Shown here: positions 35,101 through 45,448 of the stretch, piece by piece | Numbering within the stretch: position 1 is the stretch's first letter | Layout of the letters: each line of letters starts with the position of its first letter | Assembly (NCBI GenBank): GCA_965112735.1 | Contig: OZ218951.1 | Span: 2,480,001-2,544,000, forward strand | Direction of reading: 5' to 3' | From: Phaeosaccion multiseriatum | Taxonomy: Eukaryota > Protista > Ochrophyta, other classes | Length of the DNA stretch: 64,000 bases | The notes under the pieces: generated by a model | Databases searched by the model: none | The model's input: only the letters and a program-made list of their open reading frames with translations | What the model was told of the DNA's origin: nothing | Program-made: the position numbers and the translations under genes

Positions 35101-36947
35101 GGAGCCCACTTGTGAGTACATACGCACGTGCAAGCGTGCCAGTGACACTTGAAAAGGTTACGCAAGGGGCGGAAGGGTCTTTGGTTGGGACCGTTGTGAA
35201 AGTAAGTCAAAGCAAGCCAAAGGAAGGAACTTTCGAACACACTCCAAAACCCTTATTCCCTCCCTCTCCCCCTCCCCCTCCTCCCTTCCCTCTCCTCTTC
35301 CCTCCTTCCCTCCCTCTCCCCTCCCTCTCCACTCTCACCCTCTGCAATGGTGCCTAAGAATGCCCTCCCGCTCCTTGTCCGACGGTGGCCCCACGAGCAC
35401 TTCAAGATCGAACCTCCCGGGCCTGCGCAAGGCGGGATCAAGGCTATGCGGACGGTTCGTCGCCCCCACCACAATCACATTGTCTGTCACATTGTCTCCA
35501 ACACCCCCTCCTCCTCGTCCTCCTGCTGCTCCTGCTGCTCCTGCTGCTGCTGCTGCTGCTGCTGTATCACCACCCCCTTCTCCTCCCTCTCCTCCTCCTC
35601 CTCCTCCTCCTGCTACTGCTGCTGCTGCTGCTGCTGTTCTTCCTCCTCCTCCTCCTCCTCCTCCTCCTCCTCCTCCTCCTCCTCCTCCTCCTCCTCCTCC
35701 TCCTCCTCCTCTTACTCTCCTTCCTCCCGCTGCTCCACCCTCCCCTCCTACTTGTCCTCCTACTACTCCTCCGGCTCCTTCCCCGCCCCTGCTACTACTG
35801 CTGCTACCAGAACGTTCCGCGGAAGGTTCCGGCCCTCCTCCGCCCCCCGCCCCCACACCGTCCATGAGAGTAAGCACTTGGGCCAACACCCTGGCGTGGG
35901 ATCCGTCGCCGCCCTTCTCCTCTCTCTTGGACAGGAAGGCATCCACCTCGTCCATAAAGATGAGGCTGCAGCTGAAGGAGGGAGGGCAGCAGGTTGAGAT
36001 AGGGAAGGAGGGACATTGGTTGGAGTAGAAGCCCAAGGGAGAGGGGAGGGAGGGAGGGAGGGAGGGACGGAGGGACAGACAGAGGGAGGGGTTGGTGCTA
36101 GAGTACAACGCGTGGTCTATCCAGACTGCTTGGCGCCGGGGGAAGGAGAGAAGCCAGGGGAGGGAAGCGAGCAAGTCCAGTCGAGTGTCCTCTTAAGGCT
36201 GTCCCGCGCAAGGAAAGAGAGAGACACGAGGACCTCAAGTTAAGTCAAGCCAAGCCTGCTCTCCCCCCCATCCCTCGAGTGAGCTGCGTACCGATGAGGT
36301 GTAAGGGCTCTCCCCGCCACCCGCCCTCCTCTCTTCACCCCGCCCTCCTCCTGCTGCTGTAGCACCAACTGCTCCTCCTCCTCCTGCTGCTGCTGCCGCT
36401 GGCGCTGCCCCTGCCTTGAGAAGTCCTGTGCGGTGCGGAAAATGTTCCGCAGCTTGGCCTCCGCCTCTCCGAAGCTGTTAATGGGCAGTAAATGAAGCCG
36501 CAAAAGGACATTAAAGGACACCGTTTAAGGACGCACATCGAAGGACACAAAGTGGAGTCGAGGTGAGTACACACGCACACGGCACACGTTGGTCATTCAC
36601 CGTCATCGCCATTGACGACAAAAGCCAGCATACACAGACGCGCAGAGTACCGCGCGAACTAACCCCTAGTACCTCACCCCAGCGAGAGCAGCTCCGAGCC
36701 GCTGATGACGGCCAAGTGGACGTGTACCCCGCCCGCCTCGAGCACACGCACCGCCTCGCGCACTGCGAAGGTCTTGCCCACGCCTGGGGAGTGGAGGGGA
36801 GGGGAGTGGAGGGGAGGGAAGGGAAGACCACGGGGGTCTGAGGGCCCGCAAACGAGGCAGGAAGGGTACCCCCTACCCCCCCCTCCCACACACACGCACG
36901 CACACACACACACACACCTACATCCTCACCCGACACACACACACCCG

Positions 36948-36978
<31 letters not shown>

Positions 36979-39241
36979 ACACACACACATACACACACAC
37001 ACCTGGTGGTCCGGAGAGCAGCACTCCCCGGGGCACGAATCTCGCCAGCTGCGGCACCCTCGCCTCCTCGCAAAGCATCTGCAGGCAGAACAGCTCCACT
37101 AGAGACCAAGAGACCGCCCCCCCCGAGTCGCCCGCCCCCACCGGCGAGCCTTGTCCCTCCCCCTCCCCCTCTCCCTTCCCCTTCCCATTTCCCTTCCTGC
37201 GCCGCCCCAAGAGGAGGCGCCCTACACCGTGGGACCGGAGCCGCTCCTGCCGCTCCGGGAGGGGAGGAGGGGCCGCGTCAGTACCCAGAGACGGAGTCGG
37301 AGACGCCACTGCTGCTGCTGCTCCTCCTCCTCCTCCTGCTCCTGCTGCTGCTGCTGCTGCTGCTGCTACTACGCTTGTGCCCTCCCTCCTTGCTTCCTCC
37401 TCCTCGTCGTCCTCCTCCTCGTGCTCCTCCTGCTCGACTGTGATGAGTGTCTCCAGCCCAATCGCCAGCGCGCCCACCCCTTCCTTCGGACCTCCTTGCC
37501 CAGGGGTGGGGCGCCTGCCCCCCGGGGCTGCGCTTCGAATGGTAACGCGCAACAGCTCCCCTGCTTGTGCCCCGGTGGCCTTCACCGCCACTTCAGCTCC
37601 CTCCAACACGTGGAGCTGTCTCAGAGACCGCTTGATCATAGTGGTCACCTGACGGGGTCGGGAAGAAAGGGATGGCAGTGGATGTGGGGAGAGGGAGGGG
37701 GAGAGGGAAGGGGGGGGGGGGAAGGCAGTGGACGGGGGAGGGGAGAGAGATGTGTAGTATGTGTATAAAACGGTCAGAGGGAGGGGATGGGTTAGTTCCA
37801 CTTGTTGTCTCGCTCCGCTCTGCTCCACTCCGAGGAGGAGTCAGAGGACCACCCTTTTCCCTTCCACGGCCTTCGTTCCGTCGCTCTGGCGGGCCCTGGT
37901 GTGCGCACTTGCGCGGCACACACACACCGAGTTTCTCTCGCTCACAGACACAACACACGAGTACATACATTCTTCTCTCCCCCATACACCCTCTCTCTCT
38001 CTCTCTGACATGCACCCACTCACACACCCACACACCCGCTTTCTCCCACACATACTCACACACACATACACTCTCCCACGCACTCACGCACGCACACCCT
38101 CCTTCTCCCACACACTCACACACATACACACAGCCTCTTTCTCCCGCCCACTCATGAGAGCAGCTTCTCTTCCCTTCCCCTGCAGGGCCCCTCTCCTCAC
38201 CTCAGGAGACGCCAGATCAAGGCCCGAAGGAGGAGCGGCCGCGTTTACCCCCTCCCGTGCCGTGGACGCCGATGATGGCAAGAAGAAGCGCGGGGCAGGG
38301 GGCGCCACAGGGGTCACAGAGACAAGCAGACGGGAGGCGTACGTTGCCTCTGCAGAGAAAGGGGGAGAGGAGGAGGAGAGTAGGGGAAAGCACATCACCC
38401 AACAGGCTGAAGCCCCGCCTCCTTCTCCTCCTCTCTGGTCGTTCATTCCACCCTTTCTCTGCTCCTCCTGCTCCCTCCAGTCTCTTTCCTGTGCAAAGAG
38501 TCGGAGCGCTTCCTCCAAGCCCCCCACTAACGACTCCCTTTCCCCACCCCCACCCCCACCCTCACCCCCCTCCTCCAGCAGCGGCAGCGGAAGAAGTACC
38601 CGGGCATCTACAGAGACGACGTCACTGCCTCTATCTCTGTCCACAGGTGGCCTTCCTTCGTGCCACGTGTCGACGCCCCAAGCAGCGAGATCCGCCACCC
38701 CACCCGTCCCTACTCTGCCCTTCCTCGGACGTGCCCTCTCGGGCCAGGCTGCACAGATGCAGCATCCTGTGACGGCAGCAGCCCCCCCACCCCCATCGCC
38801 ACCCACCGCAGCAGCAGGAGGGGCGGGTGGCGTGCTGCTGTTATGGTGGGGTGTGGCTGCTGGACGGATGGGCGAGAAGAGTACAACAACCGGGTCACCG
38901 GGGAGGAGCTGGGTGGTCGTAGTTGCATCGCCCCCTCCCTCGTCCTCCTCCCCGCCCCACGCGGAGTGGAAAGCCCCTGCCGGTAGCTGGCAATTACCAC
39001 TAAAGGGACATACACCACCGTCGGAGGGAGAGCGCCCCTCTTGCCCCAAGCGGTTGTTGCCGTTGCCGACCACCCGTCCTCCCGTTTCAGCTCCTCCTCC
39101 GCTCCTCTTGCCACCAGAAGCCCCACCCCCGACAGCGGCCGGCAGAGGGAGGTAGGTGTGCACGTGCCCAGAGAGCAGCGGAGCATTACACCTCTTCTCC
39201 GCCGCAGTGTCTGTAGTCTTCGGCACTCGCACCCACGCCAT
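32118..39241 (-). CDS. AFG2: Type II (two-ring) AAA+ ATPase of the CDC48 family, AFG2/SPATA5-like, multi-exon
   Basis: D1: GVLLSGPPG|[21 protein letters not shown]...[12 protein letters not shown]2: VTWADIGG...[34 protein letters not shown]...[24 protein letters not shown]...CREAA. Start codon and AFG2A versus AFG2B identity are uncertain. Confidence 0.8.
32571..32785. repeat. Intronic (GAG)n microsatellite
   Basis: Imperfect trinucleotide run inside an intron of the AAA gene. Confidence 0.9.
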
Positions 39242-40411
39242 TGCCTCCCAAGCAAGAAGGTCACAGCCCTATGCCATACAAAGCATGTACATGATGACCC
39301 CGGCGTTACTGCCGTCTCTGGTTGTGATTGTGAGTCACTCTCTCTCTCCCCCCCTCCCTTTGTGTGTAGCAGTGTTATGAGCCCCCGAACACTATTCGAT
39401 GATTCCTGCTCCTGCGTGTGTCATGTGCTCCACAAGACAAAGACACTGTTCTCTTTGTCCGGTGTGGTCGCCCCCCCCACCCCTTCTCTCTTTTTTCAGC
39501 GGCTGCTGGTCCTCTCTGGTTGACACTGTGTCACTTGCCCCCTTTCTCATCGATGTTGCTGCATCCCTCTCTGTAATAAATAAAAGCTTTGGGGGTCGGC
39601 ACTACAATCCTCGGTAGTGTGGAACAAGTCAGAGAAGTGAGCCTTGGTTTAGTCCGCGGCGGAGTGGTGGTGCCTAGTCCTACTTCGGCCGTTGCTTCCT
39701 CTTGATCGAGCCATAATTATGGCCACAGGGTACAGCACTCCCACGCAGATGACGAGGAGCCCCAGCCACCAGTGCATGTCCTGTGGCGGACAAGAACGGG
39801 GGGGGGGGGAGGGAAGGTATGTTGTTTTAATGTATGGATCCAGTGCTCAGTTAGACGCAGACGCATTCGCAATAGCAGCAACACAGCAAGGGAGCAGAGT
39901 CTCAGACGGGAGGTTGTGGGTGCTTGTGCTTCTTGCGGAGCGAGAGCAGTGAATGGAGCGTGAAGGAGAGGGGAGAGGAAGGAGGGGGGGGAAGGGGAGG
40001 AAGGATGGAGGTAAACAATGGCTGTTTAGACATTCCATGACCCAGGACACTTGCGCACTCCAAGATACGATACGCGTGGAGAGGAACTGACCTTGTACGA
40101 GGGCGTCAGGTGCAGAACCATGGCAGGATCTGGGACCCCCCCCCCTCTCGCTTCTTTCTGGACCACGCACAGCCCCCAGACTGCACTCCTTCAGAGAGTA
40201 CTTCTGTAGCTACCTGCTGAGCGTCTTTCCCTCTGCCCTTACCACTCGCTCTTTTCCTCCATCCGTGAAGATGGTGGGATCGGATCGGGGATGATAGTCG
40301 TCGCCAAGGCGCGCAGTGGAGACAGAGGTGTGGAAGGAAGGGGCTTCATTTTTCGATTTCCCTCCCAGCCGCCGGGGAGTAGGAGAAAACGGCGGTGTTG
40401 CATCAGCGCGC

Positions 40412-42097
40412 ATGGGCTTGCATGCGCTGCTGCTGCTTCTCATAGTTGGGTTTGCTGCCTTCGTGCTTGCAGATGGTGCAGCCACCCGGGCAACAGCACG
40501 GGATGGAGCACCAGGGGCGGCCCGTGGTGGACGCCTTAGCTGCGCGTTCTTACCACCCTCATTGCCATCTCGCAGGTAACTGGAAGGGCCACAATGAAGC
40601 TTCAAGCGTGAGGGAAGTACCTTAACGCTCTTGTATTGGGGAAGAGAGGACGAGAGCATGTGCACGGACAAGAAGCCCACCGCCATCAACTGGATCGAGG
40701 GGAGGGGGGCGATAGATTGACGTGTTTGAAGGGACAAGAAGGAGAACGGCAACTGAATGAGCGGGAGCAAGCCTAAGTCTGATGATGGAGACGTGTTTTC
40801 ACGCCGTGAGCCCCCCTCTTGCCCTCTTTGCCTTTACGGCTCGGGCGACTCGCCCCCCAACAGATGCAACAGCAGCCGCACCACAATTAGCGGGAGTGGC
40901 AGGACGCTGACGCCCATGACCTGTGGCCTGGAGGTGCAGATTCGCATCCGCGGCAAGAAGGCCGGAGGAGAGGCGTGGCTCAACGACGCGTACGACGAGT
41001 ACGAGAAGCGTCTCAGGCCCTCCCTCGCCCTCTCCACCACGTGGCACAAGACGGACGACGACCTGCTCAAGGCCGTGGAGAGCGACAAGGGTAAGTGGGC
41101 GGGGGATGACGATACCCGGACAGGGTAGGGGGAGGGGGGGGTTGCTTGCTCGCTTGCTGACAGGGGTTGTGGCGAGAGGGCGACAGGAGCGACTGGCCAT
41201 GACCATGCGGGGAAGGACGGTGGTGGTGGCGTGGGAGAAGAGGGCAGTGGTGTGGTACTGCGGCTACGTCCGCTGCTGCCGCCGTTGTGACTGTTCGATT
41301 CGATTCTTAGAGAGGCGGTTTTAGCGCTGGCGCTTTGGACCTGCTGCTGCACCACCTCTCTGCAGCCAACCAACGCTCTCGACATACATGTAACACCTCG
41401 CTCGATCTTCTGTGTCTTCGAAAGGGGCGGTTCTGCTGCTGGACGAAGGCGGGAAGGCAATGGACAGCGTCGCCTTCAGTCGGCATCTCTACGAGAGGTG
41501 CGAGGTGGTTCGAGTAGATGGCAGTAGATGCGCCGTGCTTCCAGGAGCAGATGGGGCAAACGCACCTCCTGCTGGCTTCAGTCTCTCTCTCTCTCTCTGC
41601 ACGCATCTCCGCCTCTTGTCTCCGTTCTTGTCTCGCAAACATGTGAAACTCACACGGTTCATCGCGGGTGCGGGTCGGCCAGCCTTTGGCACCGCTCTGG
41701 ACAGCAAACTCGAACACTTCACCTTCCTACCCCCCCCCCCCCTGTTTTTGTGGTATCTATCGTCCATCTATGCGGTGGCATTCCTCCTTACCACCAACAT
41801 CGCACGTGATAGATGGGCCTGACCCCACTCCACCCCACCCCACTCCACTCCTCTCCTCTCCACTCCACTCCACCGCACGGCCATTCGCACCGGGCCTCAC
41901 GCCCTACCCTTTCCCCTGCCCAACCCTCTTGCCTGCCCACGCCATCTGCAGCCTGGAGAAGGGTGGCAGCCGAGTGACCATGGTCATCGGAGGGGCGGAG
42001 GGGCTTCCCGAGGCGCTCAAGCGGGGGGCGCTCGCCAGCAAGTACCCCAAGCTCTCCCTCAGCAAGATGACCTTCACGCACGTCTGGGCGAGGGTAC

Positions 42098-42138
<41 letters not shown>

Positions 42139-42894
42139 GCTTTTGCTTTCGAGACGGGGAAGGAGGGAGAGGAAGGTTGGGTAGGGAGGCGAGCGTCCTT
42201 TGAGAGGCGGGAGCAACTCTCTTTGTTCTTCCTTCTGTGTTACTAACGAATGAATCATGTGTGTGCGTGCACACGTGTGGTGCACTTTCCGTTTGTCCGG
42301 CCCCTCCCCACCCCTCCTCCTCAGGTGCTGCTGGCAGAGCAAATCTACAGAGCCTCGGAGATTCACAAGGTGAGACAGAGCATCCACGTGTGCGTTGGCC
42401 CCTTGGTGCCGGTTGAGAGGGCGAGGACCCATGTGTTGTCTCTTCTCTGGCGAGAGATGCATGCACGTGCGTGTTGCGAGTCAAGAGGGGAGTGGAGTGA
42501 GAGCTGTTGGGGCCCTCTTCCATACTCTCGTGCGACGGGTGCCCAATCACGTAGTTCTTGGGCTGATTCCCAAACGCCAATCCAATGTATGTCCGCCGGT
42601 GGCGGCGTCCTGTTGTACGGCAGAGGGAGGAAAATGAGGGTCTGACCCACGCTTCCCTATACCCCTCCCCACCCCGACACTACCAAAGCTGAACAGCTGA
42701 CCATGGACGTGGGAAGGCGTTGGGGTGAGCTGTGGTAGGCCCCGTGTGGCGTGTGGGTCGTGCCGACATACAGCAGAGCACAGCAGAGCCCATCCTCCCA
42801 CTGCCTTGGTGCTAATTTTCTAATTTCGTTTGGATTGTTTTTGTCGTCCCTCTGCTGCTCTCTCTTGAAGGGCTCCAAGTACCACAAAGTGTGA
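40412..42894 (+). CDS. rlmH: 23S rRNA pseudouridine-1915 N3-methyltransferase RlmH (SPOUT), probably plastid-targeted, multi-exon
   Basis: EYEKRL, LLLDEGGKAMDSVAFS, MVIGGAEGL, LSLSKMTFTHVWAR|VLLAEQIYRASEI|GSKYHK; hydrophobic leader followed by an LSC-AF ASAFAP-like motif. Confidence 0.92.
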
Positions 42895-43822
42895 CGTGAG
42901 GATGTGTTGACCATCTTCGGATGGGCCCATGACACACTTGGTAACGACGAACCGCCCGCTCGGGTGCTGCTCGTGTCACACGAGTACTCTGGAGCAGTGC
43001 GGTGGACGAAAGGTGCCGCCGGCGGAAGGCGTCTCCCCCAGGGGAGGAGGGCCTTTTACCCCGAGCCACAGAGAGCGCGGTGAAAGCTGCTGCTGATCAA
43101 CTGTGGGAGCGAGGCTCAGCAGGAACACCCCCCGGGGGAGAGGAGGTCCCCGCGAGCCGGTCCGGACGAAGCTCCAAAGTGGGCGCCCCCCCACCCTACC
43201 ACCGCCACCGATCTCGTCGCGGGGGGTCGGCAGACCTCCATAACGTGGAGGAAACCCAAGTCAAGTTAGCGTATCGCTAAGAATATACGTCAGCAACGGG
43301 CCCCTGGTCTCAATCTTCCTCTTGAGGTTGGCTCCTTTGCGCAGTCGGAGAGGGGCAGCAGGCCAAGTCTGAGAGCAAGGGAGAGAAGGAAGAAGTGGTG
43401 AGAGTGGCGTCAGGCAGACTCTGAGAGCCATAGAGAGGCTGAGAAGGAGATGGAAGTAGCTGCCACCGGAAGAGGAGGAAAGTCAGCGGTTCCCGTCAGG
43501 AGGCTCTCGGCCCAGCCGGCAAGACGGGATGTGCAGGGAAAGGTGCCTTTGGGGGGGGAAAGCATGAAGCAATGCCAGGTTGAGATCAATTCCTCCCTCC
43601 TTCTCGTGTCATGGTAGCATGCCAGTATATGGGCATTTGATTCTCGCATTGGGGGGGTGTACGCGACCCTAATCTTGGTTTGTGGAAGCAGGGGCGCTCA
43701 GAGTGTGTGGATGCAATGTTGTTCTCTTGGAAAGGAAGAGAGGTGGAGGGACTTGTCTCAGTGATCAAGGGTGGTGGAAGGAAAGGGGGGGAGAGGGGGG
43801 AAGGCCGGGGAAGAGAGCGGCG

Positions 43823-44431
43823 TCCCTCAGTCAATCACATCCCAGGAGCGAAGCAGCAGCTGTTCCCCCCCCCCCCCCCCCCCCCAGTCGAGACTTACCA
43901 AGACGGGGAGCCCTTTTTCACTGCCATAAACAAATCTGTGTGTGGTATATTTGAAATCACAACCCCCTGCGATAACGAGCTTGAACGAGCACACAACTTG
44001 GCATAGAGCAGCGCATGCATCAATGAGCAGAGAAGGGAGGGAGCATCATCAGGGGAGGAACGAGAGGCGGAGGGGAGGGGGCGCGACGTCTGTACAAGGC
44101 TGTCTCGCACGACGAGGGAGGAGATGGAGGAGATGACAATCGGGGGGAGGAGACGCGGCTAATCGACGACGATGTACAATTGTAGCGGAGATGGACCCGG
44201 CCAGGAGGGTCATGTTCGGTATGGCCGTCATGGTGGAGCTCAAGTCCGGCTTATCGTGGCCTGGAGTCGTGTGCGATCCTCGCTTCGCTCCTCATCCGGT
44301 CATGGTCACGGCCCAAAAATGCCTTCCTCGAGCACAAGACCTGGTCTTCCTCTTCGGCATCAAGTACCCATTCATTATGGCGCCATGCTGGTGAGCGAGG
44401 TCTGGTAGGGTATCAAGCCATCTATCCATCC
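43823..44431 (+). pseudogene. Truncated 5' duplicate of the PWWP-domain gene at 51411
   Basis: Starts with the same tccctcagtcaatcacatcccaggagcgaagcagc as 51411; encodes MDPARRVMFG...LSWPGVVCDPRFAP...VFLFG; homology stops inside intron 1. Confidence 0.8.
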
Positions 44432-45448
44432 GCAGAGTGTTCCGCTGTACCATGTGCATTTCCTTTGGCAGGCCGCCGAGTTTCCTCATTCCACACTCCC
44501 AAAGGTCACAAACGTGCTTGTTTCCTTCAGCGTCCCATCTCCCGTGCAACCATAAAACCCGTCCTGTCTGCCTCTTGAGGATCCAAGTGGGCGTCAGTCA
44601 TGTGTAGCGCATCTCCAAACTCCAAGTCGTGCACTTCGAAGGCGGCGGCAGTTGCAGCAGTAGGAGCAGCGGAGGGGTCGTGGCAGGCTAAGCACACAAG
44701 TCTCGAGGACGGCAAGGAGGGGCAAATACTGTTGCTGTCCACGTCGTTGCTCGTTTCCATGTCCAGCCCCCCGAAGTTAGAGTCGCCACCACGCACCGCC
44801 ACCTCCTCGTCAGCCTGGGTACTTCCTCCTTCGCTCCGCTCTCTTTCTGTCTCTTCCATGTCGCCCTCCTCTTCTTCTCCGCCGCCATCTTCCCCCTCCT
44901 GTCTCCCTGGTACCTCTCCCTTCCTTTGCTGCCGATGGGGAGGAAGGAGCAGAAGGATGCACACACAATGATACAATTGTCCCTAGTGGAGAACCTCTGC
45001 CGTAGACAGCACCGTTGCATCGCGCGCCAAGCTACAAAAGCGAGTGTCCCCCGCAGAGTCGTGCTCATTTCATTTGCCTTATCCTTTTTCCTCCCCCTCC
45101 CAATCAGCCGTACTGCCCATCCCCCCTCTTCCGACGGCGCCACCGCTGGTGTTGCTGCGGCTGCTCCTTGTTCTTGTCATTATCTTCCTCCTCGTGCTCC
45201 TTCGCTCCATCGGCCAGCAGCATTCGACACTCGACACTATCGCCAAACAGAGCGAAGAGAGCGAATTGCGAATTGGATGGTGCATATGTTGGTCCTCCGC
45301 CCCAGCTCACAGCTGGCTGAGAAGGAGGTGGGTCTTTCTCTCCTTCCCCCTCTCCCCCTCCCTTCCTCCCTCCCTCCTTTCCCGCTCCCTCCCTCCCCTC
45401 GCCCCTTCCCTCCCTTCCCGAGAGAGCAGTAAGAGCTTAGGACAGAAA

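Noticed and set aside
44430-45430. Coding-like fragments and the 135-aa upstream extension of the PPR ORF
   Set aside because: The extension starts at a non-ATG codon and crosses a pyrimidine tract; ATG 45449 gives a sensible presequence. The fragments are unidentifiable.
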